A stretch of 64,000 nucleotides of DNA from Glaucostegus cemiculus (lineage: Eukaryota): the NCBI GenBank assembly GCA_976551045.1, contig CDPCPM010000367.1:4712001-4776000 (forward strand), given 5' to 3'. A program made the position numbers and the translations under genes. Positions within the stretch are counted from its first letter, which is position 1, and every line of letters begins with the position of its first letter. Shown here piece after piece: positions 12,801-25,890 of this stretch. Under the pieces are notes generated by a model that did not search any database, had not been told where the DNA came from, and worked only from the letters and a program-made list of their open reading frames with translations.

Positions 12801-14354
12801 AGAATGGGCTGGGGAATTGATTTTTTTGTTTTGTTATAACTTTAGATAATATTTCCACAAATGTAAAAAGGAGAAAATGCATCTTTTGATTTGGGGATTT
12901 GCTTTCTAGTGGGGACACATTAGTTGAAAGCAAGTTCTTTTGTTTTTCATCCAGGCATTTTGTTAAGCTAATGTTATGTTAGACCTATTGATGTAAACCA
13001 GTCAATGGGAAATAATTAGTCCAGTGACACTTCTGCATGTGGTGAAATAAAACTTGTCCATAGAGCTGCTTATGGGATTCTTTGCATAGCATTAACAAGG
13101 AGATTCATTAGTACTGTGTAAACTTCTTGCAACACAAGTTCATTTATTTAAAGCACTTAAAATCCTTATCTGTTTGATAGATCTTTTTCAGAATTCTCTC
13201 TGTAACTCAGCAGTCCAAGTTTAAATGATTGCTATAAACCATTAATTTTTCTATTTGAATAAAAGTACATATCCAGCTTTTTTCAAGATTCTCATCAGCT
13301 AAATGTTCATTAATCAGTTTTGCACTATGACTAATATTTACACAAAAAACAGCCAAATAAATCAAGTAAATAAAACGTGAAACATTGCCGTAGTCTAAAC
13401 TCTAGATAATTATAATAATGTAAATTGAGGTTGTGTGAGCTTAAAATAGTTGCCTTGGGGAATGCAGTGAATTGATGCAGTAAAATTCAATGTGGATTTG
13501 TGACCTTGATTCTCTCTATGTAAGAGATTAAGGGTGGGATAACACAGGCCAGAAAAGCCAGAATTGTTTCATGCTCCACTGGACTTTTAATGACTACCTC
13601 ATGAATAGGATTAACAGAAGCTTGGGGGCAAGTCTTTGCCCAATTTCAAACAAATAGTGAGATTTATGTAAATCTAAAATGTCTGGTATTATTTTGGGTA
13701 ACAATGTTTTTTTTAAATAGAATTCCATTTTTAGTAATTTGGCTGCCTAAGCACTCAAAAATTAAGTGATATAATTAGATGGGAATGTGATGGGATATGT
13801 GGCTGCAGTGTGTAATCTTTATAAAATTGTATTACTTGGACAGCAGCACATCAAACATGTGTCCTCTTCCACAGAGAAGGATAAAAGCAATGGGTGAATG
13901 GGAGCACTCTCACCTATTGGAACTCTTTGATCGTGTACATCCTCATTTGGGGGGAAAAAATTGCAAATCCTTCGTAGTCAATGGGGTTTAAATCCTGGAA
14001 CTTCCTATCCACCAGCACTATGGGAATGCCTCCATTAGAAGACCGCAGTAATTCAAGGTGGTTTTGCATTTTCTCAAGAATATTTGGGGACAGGCAATAA
14101 ATACAAGCCTTGTTAATGTTTCCCTTTCCTGTAAAGTGAATTAAAATGTGTTTTGAAGGATTTTCTGAGCTGATATGTTGAATGAATCTTAAGATCTTTG
14201 GAAATAAAACATTGATTTTTAAAATAACCTGCAGATGATAATTTCCCAAAATGATTTTGTTTATAGGCAGGGAATAGGAAATGTTCCTGTTTCTTTAGAT
14301 AATTTGTGTTTTGGGATTAATGCTGCAATAAGTTTTGCATTGGAGTGACAAAGT

Positions 14355-14462
14355 CTGCTGGAAGAACTCAGCGGGTCAAGCATCATCTATGGGAGGGAAG
14401 GAATTGTCGATGCTTCCTTTCCTCTCACAGATGCTGCTTGACCTGCTGAGTTCTTACAGCAG
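14355..14462. repeat. Fold-back palindrome of two Penelope-type termini
   Basis: CTGCTGGAAGAACTCAGCGGGTCAAGCATCATCTATGGGAGGGAAGGAA pairs with TTCCTTTCCTCTCACAGATGCTGCTTGACCTGCTGAGTTCTTACAGCAG across a ~10-nt loop. Confidence 0.8.
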
Positions 14463-17267
14463 ATTGTTGTTGGAATATGGAGCATCTGCTGTCTCTTGTG
14501 TCCCCAAGTTTTGCATTGGAGCAGTTTGGTAAAAACCCTAATTTGCTTGGCCATTTCAGAGGGCAGTTGATCATCAATCGGTCCAGAACCGTTCTTTGCC
14601 CAAACCGAGTAAAGACTGCAGATGTCCTCCTGCAAATGGACGCTATTGCAACAAGTGCAGGATATGCATTACCCTCTTTTATGGGATTTGATTACATGTT
14701 CAATTCTTTATTCTGAGCTTCTAGATTGCTAGTCTGGTTTTTCCACTGTTAGAATTCAGCACTGCCTTCACAGAAAGGATGGGCAATACATGTTACCAGC
14801 AAAGCACATTGTCTGAGAGAATAAGACTAAATTGGTATTGCAGATGATAGGTAAATGATATTTTCTTAGATTGGATTTTGATTTTTTAAAAAGTCTGTAT
14901 TGAGATGAAGGACAAGAAGGCTTGAGCCATTTGATGGGTTGCAATACATTCCTCATGTTGTAAAGGAGTGGGAGGACTATGTTAGAGAATGTGGGAAATG
15001 AATAGAAGATACTACTAAAATCATAAAAACCTTATTAATCCCAAAATGGTGAGGTGGGGGGAGAAAACTTTGGAGTTTTGTGTGCAGAGGCCTTTTCATG
15101 TGATGACCCAATATGCAAGATTCAACAATAAGGGAGAGCTTAGTGGCTGATACTGGAAAGCGGTGATTTGATTTTTTTCTCTATTAGTCTCAAAGTAACA
15201 GTTTGAGTTGGGTGGTAGGGTTTTGTGATGGTGGGAGCTGTGGAAGGTAAATGAGGAAAAATTATTCAGTGCCACAAAGATGGAATGATAAGGAGGGGTA
15301 TTTTAGGGATTAATATTGAAAGTTGAGTAAAATATTTTCCATGTAAGCAGGATTGTGCTGAAATTGGTGGGATTGATAAATGGAGATGAGGATGAAGTAG
15401 AAACTATGGGACCTGGGCTTTGCAAAATATTTAGTGACATAATTCAGAGGAATGTTATTCAAGAAAACCATGAGAAATACCTTTTGTAAATATTTTAAAA
15501 ATCCTAAAATTCTCTATAGGCCCCAATAATTAATCCAAAGAAAACTAAAGATGTACATTAAACCATTGGGATGAGCAGGGACTGAAACAGAAGGGATCCT
15601 GAATAGATATTTTCCTTCCATTTTCACTGAAAATGTTGACAAAGAGAATGTGACAATAGTAGGAACTTGTGTACTGCAGCATGTGGAAAGAAATATGTTG
15701 CTAACCAAACTTTGGAATAAAACCCAGTACTAAAAATTTCTTATATCTGGGGATTTTTGAACAGTAGTGGTATCATACCCTTGTATTTTTCTTTTTAAAG
15801 GAAAAAAGCCAGATTATGGAGCTGGCAAACAAAATAATTCCAGTCTTCAAAATGCTAGTGGAACTAACACTGCAGAATTGGATAACAAGTTAGCCTAACA
15901 TTGGTAGGAAATATCTGAGCATCTTTAAATTAAGGTACTAAAACATTTTAGTGTAGAAAAGAGTAATGCAATGGAATTCCATGAACTATCAGAAGGAGTT
16001 TTGCAACAACCACAAAACTGCTAAGAAAAATCATGTCAATTGGTGCATAGAAAAAAAAAGTTAGCTATAAAACAAAAATAAACTGAGTTGAGGAAGCTCC
16101 CAAGGCTAGCATGGAATTTGGTGTTCTTGCTGTTCACCAAATATGTAAATGATTTAGTTTCAGAAATGTGAAATATATAACAAATAGTGCTAAATTTTGG
16201 GAAGGGGGCAAGGGGTAAAGTGTAAAAAGGGTTTATGAATCGGACAATGCAGTCAGCAGGAAAAATGGAAATTCAATCTAGAATGAAGAGATGACCTGAG
16301 GAATGAATGTGATTGATTGGGAGGATGTGGATCCAACAAGGAACATAAAATACCTACCAATAGGTCAAAGAAAGAATTTAGGAGAAATTTGATTGAAAGG
16401 GATATAAAAACCCCTCCTACATGGAATTCTTAAAGCATAATACAAACATGTATGAGGGAAGAGTGAATGCACAAAAGATAAAAAAATAGAATAAAAGGAC
16501 TTTTAGCTAGTGAGCAAAGGTCATTTTAGTGATAGGCTTGCAAATTACAGATGAACATCAACCCGTTGAGCCATATTAGGGACCAAACAGTGCTAGTGTT
16601 TTGTGCTGTGAAACTCTGAATTCTGAGATTTACAGGTCTTGCCCTTTTGAATTGCCAATTTGATGTGTCTTGTGGGCCCCACTGATTTCCTGTGCAGATT
16701 ATAGCACAACAATTTAGTAGACAAAAGGGAAGGTAAGTTGTTTTCTAATTTATTTTGCTTTGGTTTAATTATTTCTTGGTACCTACATTTATGTTAAAAC
16801 TGTCAAACTTTGGTCACTTTTACTTTAATTCTTCTACACCTATTTCATTGGAGATATGTTAAACTAATCAATGTCAACTTTCACAGCTGTCAAAGTCCTG
16901 TTTCTGACTGTCATGTTGTTCTTCAGGCTAGGGCCTTCCTATTTTTGAAAATTAGATGCTGTAAATCTGGAATTAAAAACAGAAAAAATGGAAATGCTTG
17001 GTAGGTGAGGCAGCAGCTCTGGAAAAAGAAACAGTTAAAGTTCTCGCACAGGATCTCTAACCTGAAAAGTTAACTCTGTTTCTCTTTCCATAGATGCTAA
17101 GTCAATTGCTGAGTGTTTCCAGTATTGTTTTTTTTCAGCCTTCCTGCTTTTGATTTTGAAGGGAGTGACGACATGGGAGGAGGCCAATATAATCAGTCCA
17201 GGTTTTTTTCTGCTGTGAACTTATTTCTGTGGGTATTGCATGCTTTGTTTTGAGATATACAGAAAAA

Positions 17268-17510
17268 GTGTCAGAGGAACTCAGCAAGTCACGCAGCATT
17301 CATGGAGGGAAGTAAACAGTTGATGTTTCGGGCCTAGACCCTTCACCAGGACTGGAAAGAAAAAGGGCAGAAGCCAGAATAAGGTGGTGGGAGAAGGAGG
17401 AGGAGTACATACAGGCAGGGCATAGGTGAGCCCAGGTGAGAGGGGGGAAGCTTGTAGGTGGGGGAGGGTCCAGATTCCAGCATCTGCAGAATTTCTTTTG
17501 TCTCTGTCTT
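17268..17510 (-). mobile_element. Penelope-like pLTR fragment with inverted tail
   Basis: Same terminal repeat; best-preserved hammerhead-like motif at 17317-17354; inverted CCAGATTCCAGCATCTGCAG at the other end. Confidence 0.7.
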
Positions 17511-18756
17511 TGCTTTGAGCTGTTTGAATTGCTTTCATTTTAGTAGGAAAGCTATCCTAAGTATTCATAAATCTTGTCTAAATCCTGTTCTTGTTTTTAC
17601 TTTACAGTAAATTGACCATCCATTATAGCATAAAGCAGGCTTTCAGCCCATTTTGTCTGTACTTTTCCTTTGAAAGACCTATCCAAATTGTACTTTTCTC
17701 TTGATATTTTTTCTCCATTGCACTGCATTGCCCTTCAGAGTGTATAATAATTCCTATTTGAAATGAAATTGTCTTCCTCGTTATAAAGCCAGGTACATTT
17801 GAAATTATGCCTCTGTATTTGTGAAAGACTTGACATTCATGAGAGTTGGTCTGTCTGCTCTTACTTAACTGTAAAGCTCCTTATGCTATTTGTAACTGCC
17901 ATGTTAAAGTGTGTACCATCATTTTAACAAAAGGGTCATAATGAGTTGTGCTAAGATTTGTCATTGATGCCTCTCTCAATTTAGTGTTTGCAAAAAAAGC
18001 TATTTCTCTACACTTCCCCACAGGTTGGCCTTTTTAGATTTTGTCTTTAAACTGGTGTGAATAATATGCATTTCATAAATAAAGTAGATGCTTTAGTTGG
18101 TATGAAAGAGTCTGTTTCTGTGATGTATGATTCTGTGATTCTTTTCAGAAGCTCAGGAAAGCATGGATATTTGCACTGTTAAAAGACAGGAAAGTTAGAA
18201 TGGAAAGTATTCAAAAATAAATGTCATGCTAAAGTATCTGGAAGGGAATTTGAGAGGAATGAATAGGTTGGCTACACAAATGTTTGAGGCTCGTTAAAAG
18301 TGGGTATAATTGAGTCAGTTTTGTCTATCTACATGTAGGAAATCACTACAATTACATTCTTTACGTACATGACTTCCACAGCTTTCTTTGACATTCTAGG
18401 CCAGATGGGCTAAAGCATCAGCGAAAATGCTTAGTAAAGGAAAACAAAACCTTTTTTCATCTGCTGAATAATCTGACAGTCAAACTGATTCTTATTGTTT
18501 TCACCCCTGGTTTATCACACTTGACATAATGTGCTAGTGAAACAGATGGCTGAAAAACATTTGTAGCACTTAAGGGGGGAAAAAAAACACTTTAAAAATT
18601 TGCCATGTGTAAACGTCCATGAGTGATGAATTGGAAATTGTTCTTGTTAAAATGTAGCTTTAACACTATTTAGTTCCTGCATGGAATTTGGAATTAATGG
18701 TTATTAAGCCAAATGTGATGTAACTTCATTCCCTTTTAAAAAAAAACTGCATCTGT

Positions 18757-21590
18757 TCAGAATCAGAATCAGTTTTATTGTCACAACCATATACATACAT
18801 AGTATGCATAGGAGTGAGATACCGTCCTCCTCAGGTGTTCGTCCCATTAAGTAACAAACAGCAGAGACACACAGACACACTGAACAAAAAAAACATTAAA
18901 AACTACGGAAGTTTGAATTAAATTAAATACGGCAGGTTAAATTAAATACGGCAGGTAATTAAATAAATAGTTATTAAAGTGAACGAGCTGGTGGCGGGCA
19001 TTTAAAGTGCTGGTGCATTTCTGCGCAACTAGCATCCCTTAGTGTTAACAAGGAAGATGGAGGAATGAGAGAGTTCGCAGTTCTGATGGCTTGCAGAAAG
19101 AAGCTATTGCTCAGCCTGGTCGTTCTCGCCCTGATACATTTGAGCCTCCTTCCAGATGGCAAAATTGTAAAGAGATGATGGGAGGGGTGAGAAGGATCCG
19201 CCATTATATTTTTGGTCTTCCTAAAACAACGGTCCTTGTATATGTCTGCGATGGATGGGAGAGAGACACCTATGATCCTCTCCGCAGCCCTAACTATCCT
19301 CTGGAGGGACTTCCGCCCAGCAGCTGAGCAGCTTCCAAACCAAACAGTGCTACATTGGGTTAAGATGCTCTCAATGTTCCCTCTATAGAAAGTTTTCATA
19401 ACTGAGGGATGAGAGTTCGCTTTCCTCAGTCTCCGCAAGAAGTAGAGGCATTTCTGGGCTTTCTTCGTGAGGGCTGTGATGTTGGTGGACCAGGTCAGGT
19501 CATTGGTGATGTGCACCCCCAGGAACTTGGTGCTGCTTACTTGTTCCACAGCAGACCCGTTGATGGTCAGCGGGGCGTGCACATGGTGACCCCTCCTAAA
19601 ATCCACTATCATCTCCTTGGTTTTTTCCACATTCAAGGAGAGGTTGTTGTCACTGCACCACATAGCTAGTTGTTTCACCTCCTCTCTGACTCATCGTCAT
19701 CCGTGACAAGACCCACCACTGTCGTGTCATCGGCGAATTTGACAATGCGGTTGGAGCTGGATCTGACCTCAGTCGTGAGTCAACAAGGTGAACTGGAGTG
19801 GACTGAGCACACAAGCCTGTGGGGAGCCAGTGCTTAGTGTGATGGTGCTCGAGGTGTTTTCACCAATTCTGACTGACTGCGGCCTGCAAGTGAGAAAGTC
19901 CAGTATCCAGTTGCAAAGAGGAGTGTTAATGCCCAGTGCACTCAACTTCCTGATTAGCTGTAGTGGGATGATGGTATTGAAAGCGGAGCTGAAGTCCATG
20001 AATAGCAGCCTGACATACGAATCCTTCTTTTCTAAGTGATATAGTGCAGAGTGCAGGGCAGAGGAAACTGCATCATCGGTGGACCTGTTTGCCCAATATG
20101 CATACTGATGAGGATCCAAGGATGGGGGGAGGATAGATCTGACGTGGTTCATAACTAGCCTCTCAAAGCATTTCATGACAATCTGTGTTAGAGCTATGGG
20201 ATGGTAGTCATTCAGACACCTTGCAGGTGACTTCTTAGGAACAGGTATGATAGTGGCAGATTTTAGGCACTTAGGAACAACAGCCTGCTGTAGGGAGATG
20301 TTGAAGATGTCAGCAAGTACTACTTTTAGCTGGTCCGCACAGTCCCTAAGTATCCGCCCCGGTATGTTATCCGGTCCCGCAGCCTTCTGAGGGTTAACCT
20401 GTAAAAGGGCTTTTCCCACGCTGGCTGGGGTGAGTCTCAGAGCCTGTTCTTCGGGCAAAGGCAGGGCTTTCGAGGCAGGTGTATTGTTCATGGCCTCAAA
20501 CCTTGTGTAAAATTCATTCAACTGGTCTGGTAGGGAGGAGTCACCATCACAAACCTGAGGTGGAGCTTTGTAGTCTGTGATGACCTGGATTCCCTTCCAC
20601 AGGCACCTCGCATCCCTGTCGTTGGTGAAATTACTATCTATCTTCTGTGCATATTGTCGTTTTGCTTTTTTAATGCCCCGAGATAGATCTTTCCTTGCAG
20701 ACCTCAGAGCTACCTCATCCCTCGCCCTGAAAGCTGCATCTCTGGTACGTAGCAAACAGCGAACCTCCCCAGTCATCCAGGGTTTCTGATTTGCCCGCAC
20801 TGTGATCACTTTGTTCACAGTTACATCTTCAGTGCACTTTCTGATGTAGCATAGCACAGAGTCTGTGTACTCTTGTAAGTCAATGTGGTTGTCCTGAGTG
20901 GCTGCCTCTTTGAAGGTGTTTCAGTCCGTAGTTTGCAGGCAGTCCTGCAGGGCTGAGGCGCTTCCTTCAGGCCACACCCGAATCAGTCTCTTGGCTGGTT
21001 TGTCCAGTTTCACCCGAGGTCTATATGCAGGCGTTAGCATAATTGAGACGTGATCCGAGGAGCCCAGGTGAGGGAGGGGGGATGCTCTGTATGCCTCCTT
21101 CACACTGGTATAAGCTTTATCCAGTGTATTATTCTCCCTGATCGCAAAGTTTATGTGTTGATGAAACTTAGGCAAGACTGTCTTTAGATTTGCACGGTTG
21201 AAATCACCCAATACGATGAAGAATGCATCGGGATGTGTGGTCTGCTGTTTGCTGATGGCATCATATAGTTTGTTCAGTGCCTCTTTAGCATTAGCACTAG
21301 GAGGGATGTACACCACCCCCATTATAATACTTGTGAAGTTCCTTGGCAGATAGTATGGCCGACACCTTAAAAACAGAAACTCCACTATTGCTGAGCAATG
21401 CTTATAGATAACCACAGCGTCCTGGCACCATGTCTTGTTGATGTATACACAGAGACCGTCCCCTCGCGTTTTGCCAGAAAGTGATTCTATTCTGTCAGCT
21501 CTGTGAAGGGAGAGGTCGTCCAACTGTATGGCTGTGTCCGTATGTTCCCATTCAGCCACGTCTCTGTAAAAACCAGGTTATTGCAGATTA
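18757..21590 (-). mobile_element. Rex1/Babar non-LTR retrotransposon copy 1 (5'-truncated; APE endonuclease + RT, disrupted)
   Basis: ORF pieces 20921-21559 (APE: VYIPP, GDFN, TLD, SDH), 19769-20857 and 18974-19678 (RT: [27 protein letters not shown]). Lesions: TGG>TGA stop, a 2-nt and a 7-nt deletion. The 3' end has AATAAA plus an (ATTCTG)n tail. Confidence 0.92.
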
Positions 21591-22570
21591 TGCAGGTCTT
21601 GGAAATTAAATGCAAGAGGATAATCTTTTCTTTTAGACCCATTGCAAATAATTTCAAAAAAATGGATTTAGTTTATTCTGAGGCAACATTGTACTATTAT
21701 TCACACAAATTTTGACTTGAAATACTCTCATTTTTATTTAAGATATCTTGCCCTGCCCATTTTCAGTCCATTCAGTGTCTCCTGCCAAATCATCTCTTAG
21801 ACATTTGGATATGTTATTGTAAATAATGAGATTTAGATGAAAGAGTTGCTGAGCCTTGATTATTTTAATCATTTATAAGAATGATTATTTTATCTCATTG
21901 TTGTGAGGGGAATTAAACTCTAATTCCTTGTGCTCAAGCCTTGCCCAACAGCAAACCCACTGAGTAAAGTTTAATGGCATTGACTCCACAGACTGACTAT
22001 ATAAAAGAAACAGATTTTAAAGTAGCACTCCTAAGGCATAGGTGTTATTTGAATGTTTGTGCTGTTGCAAGTGGTGCATTTCCAAGCCAGTTCTAAAATT
22101 ACCCTTTTCTTGTTTGATAAACTAATCCCTCACTCCTCCCCCCACAGATCCACTCTCCCACATTGAAAGCATTGCTTATTTAAAAAGTTATCTTTGTTTA
22201 ACTCCTCAAATGACAAACAAGGGCAGCAAACTAAAGACCCAGAGTAATCCACAGCCAGGCCAGTGTGTGGCAGCTGGTGAAGTTAGAGGTGCTGTTTGTA
22301 GCAACAGTATGATGTCCATACAATGAATAGTGCAGTATAAGGCTAGGGATTACTGGTCAGACTGTTAATGATTCATCTATGCTCTGGAGTAGAATTTGCT
22401 CCCTCCTAGGTCAGGGGTCCATTCATTGCTTGTAGTTCCTGCAGTTGTCAAATTCACCAACTTGAAATTACACAAATTGGTGGGATGATTGTGACTTGCA
22501 GATCTTTGTGCAGAAGTGTCTTAAAGAAGCATTGTTATTTGTAACTGGAAATCCCGAAAGCAAGAACTGT

Positions 22571-22590
22571 GGGGGGGGGGGGGGGGGGGG
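22571..22590 (+). repeat. Poly-G tract (G20)
   Basis: Seen directly; a second G17 lies at 28436-28452. Confidence 0.9.
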
Positions 22591-23732
22591 TGGAGAAAGG
22601 GGGAGTGCGAGAGTGAGACGCAGTTGACAATGGGGAATCAATGAAGAAAACCTAATTTAATTGGGCCAGAGTTTGAAGAGGATTTGAAACTCAATTAGAA
22701 GAACAAGAAATGTTGGAATCAATATAGTACTTCTACTATGAGCAGAATGTTTTAGCTTCATTGTTCGGTATTTTATTTACATTTGTGAATATTTGGGCTA
22801 ATTGATAAGAAAATGGTGTTGAAATATTGGAATTTGGGTGTTGTAGAGAGAAATGGTAAAGTACTTAAGTGTATTCACTTAAATTGTCTCATTCACTTAT
22901 TTCAAATAATGGCTCTTTTTTTAAAATACACTCAGTCCTTGTCCAATGATTTGCAATCTGCGAACTCTCTACGTTAGCACCAGATCACATCTTGATAATT
23001 TTATTTTTGAACAAATATATCTATGCACATGCATGTCACTGTCTCTATAAGTGTGATTATTTTCCAGGCCACTTGGGTCAAAGCCTCCCTGCTGTGCACT
23101 GCTCTAATAGAAAGTTATGCAGCTGCACCTAATGATTTCAGAGTCCCTGATCATTGTAGATGTAATTAGATTAAATGCAAATAGGTTGTTAATTAATATA
23201 ATTTCTTGTGTTATTAAATATTTTAATGTGCTTATTGACATGTTGTTACTTTTGAAAATACTTGTTTATTTGGGTAAGAGGTGTGGAGACATAGGAAAAG
23301 AACCTTGTAGTTGGGTGTCTGGGAAGTTTGTGCCTTTACCACTCACCGGTAATAGGGACTTTGTTCCCTTCAAGGCAGTTTCCACTGTTATGTAAATTAA
23401 AAATATGCATGTTGCTCTTCTTGCTTGGATTATTCTGAGTCGATGAATATTCTGGTAACATTAGCTATGGCATGTCCACTATTTCAAACATAAGGCAACT
23501 AGTGAGATCACTGGAATGACCTAAAGAGAAGCTTGCACCAGTGAAGACCTTCCAAAAAATGATGCAGGGTCACATGGAATGCTGTTGAAGGGTTTATTTG
23601 GACTTGTTTATAGACATGTACTGTAGATGTAACTATAAATATAAATTTATTCCATATGACCTTCATGTCAACACAGATATATAGATCACACACCAATTTC
23701 TACAATTGATTGTTATTATGCCCCAAAGCCCC

Positions 23733-25645
23733 AGACCTGTCTTGGGGTATTAAAAAGGCAAAACGACTATACGCAGAAAAGATAAACAATAATTTCACCA
23801 ATGACAAGGATGCGAGACGTCTGTGGAAGGGAATCCAGGTCATCACTGACTACAAAGCTCCACCCCAGGTTTGTGATGGTGACTCATCACTACCAGACCA
23901 GTTGAACGAATTTTATGCAAGGTTTGAGGCCATGAACCATACACCTGCCTCGAAAGCCCGGCCTTCGCCAGAAGAACAGGCTTTGAGACTTACCCCAGCC
24001 AGTGTGGGGAAAGCCCTTTCACAGGTTAACCCTCGGAAGGCTGCGGGACCGGACAGCATACCAGGGCGGATACTCAGGGACTGTGCGGACCAGCTTAAAG
24101 ATGTACTGGCTGACATCTTCAACATCTCCCTACAGCAGGCTGTTGTTCCTAAGTGCCTAAAATCTGCCACCATCATACCTGTTCCCAAGAAGTCTCCTCC
24201 AAAGTGTCTGAATGACTACCGTCCTATAGCCCTAACACCGATTGTCATGAAATGCTTTGAGAGGCTAGTTATGAAGCACATTAGAGCCTCCCTCCCCCCA
24301 TCCTTGGATCCTCATCGGTATGCTTATCGGGCAAACAGGTCCACCGATGATGCAGTCTCCTCTGCCATGCACTCTGCACTACATCACTTAGAGAAGGAGG
24401 ACTCATACTGCCGGCTGCTATTCATTGACTTCAGCTCCGCTTTCAATACCATCATCCCACAACAGCTTATCAGGAAGTTGAGCGCTCTGGGCATCAACAC
24501 TCCTCTCTGCAACTGGATACTGGATTTTCTAACTGGCAGGCCGCAGTCAGTCAAAATTGGTGAAAACACCTCAAGCACCATCACACTGAGCACTGGCTCC
24601 CCTCAGGGTTGTGTGCTCAGTCCGCTCCTGTTCACCTTGTTGACCCACGACTGTGAGGCCAGATCCAGCTCCAACCGCATTGTTAAATTTGCCGATGACA
24701 CGACAGTGGTGGGTCTTGTTACGAATGACGATGAGTCGGACTATAGAGAGGAGGTGAACCAACTAGCCGTGTGGTGCCATGACAACAACCTCTCCTTGAA
24801 TGTGGATAAAACCAAGGAGATGATAGTGGATTTTAGGAGGGGTCATCGTGTGCACGCTCCGCTGACCATCAATGGGTCTGCTGTGGAACAAGTACGCAGC
24901 ACCAAGTTCCTGGGGGTGCACATCACCGACGACCTGACCTGGTCCACTAACATTACGGCCCTCACGAAGAAGGCTCAGAAACGCCTCTACTTCCTGCGGA
25001 GACTGAGGAAAGCGTACCCACACCCCTCAGTCATGAAATCCTTCTACGAGGGACCATTGAGAGCATCCTAACTCAATGTATCACTGTTTGGTTTGGAAGC
25101 TGCTCAGCTGCTGGGCGGAAGTCCCTCCAGAAGATAGTTAAGGCTGCGGAGTGGATCATAGGTGTCTCGCTTCCATCCCTCGCAGACATATACAAAGACC
25201 GTTGTGTGAGGAAGACAAAAAGCATAATGGCCGACCCCTCTCACCCCTCCCACCACCTCTTCACAATTTTGCCATCAGGGAGGAGGCTTAAATGTATCAG
25301 GGCAAGAACGTCCAGGCTGAGCAATAGCTTCTTTCCGCAAGCCATAAGAACTGCAAACTCTCTCATCCCTCCATCTTCCTTTGTTAACACTAAGAGATGC
25401 TAGGTGCACAGAAATGCACCAGCACTTTAAATGCCCGACACCAGCCCGTTCACTTTAAGATCTATTTATGTAAGAACTAATGGGTAATGTTTTGTACTGT
25501 GTATTCTGCCAAGTGTGTATGTGTCTCTCTGTTGGTTGTTATGTTATTCTTTTCTATGAGACGTGTTCCTGTGGAGGACGGTATCTCGCTCCTATGCGTA
25601 CCATGTATGTATATGGTTGTGACAATAAACTGATTCTGATTCTGA
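23733..25645 (+). mobile_element. Rex1/Babar LINE copy 2 (5'-truncated, RT only)
   Basis: 453-aa ORF with [22 protein letters not shown] and KFADDTT; frameshift near 25047; AATAAA at 25624 followed by TGATTCTGATTCTG. Confidence 0.93.
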
Positions 25646-25890
25646 AAAAAAATCAATGTTCAAGGTGCATTCCTAGCATTCTTCAAAGAGGTCTCAGCTG
25701 AAATAATTTTTCTGTTTTGCTAAAGCTCTTATCTTTGCTTCATGTTGCTTATTTTTATTGCGTCAAATATGTTCTACACAATATGGGCAATCAGTGAGAA
25801 GATAGGAGGGGTAAACCTACACTCTCAAAGTGAGAAATAAACCAGTATAACAGAAGGGCAAGCTGGGACATACCTGTAGATCTCTGTGAA

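Noticed and set aside
18740-21600. Target-site duplications flanking the Rex1 copies
   Set aside because: None convincingly found by eye, so the boundaries are approximate.
23715-23750. Short inverted segment (ATGCCCCAA vs TTGGGGTAT) at the 5' junction of Rex1 copy 2
   Set aside because: Too short to distinguish fold-back priming from chance.
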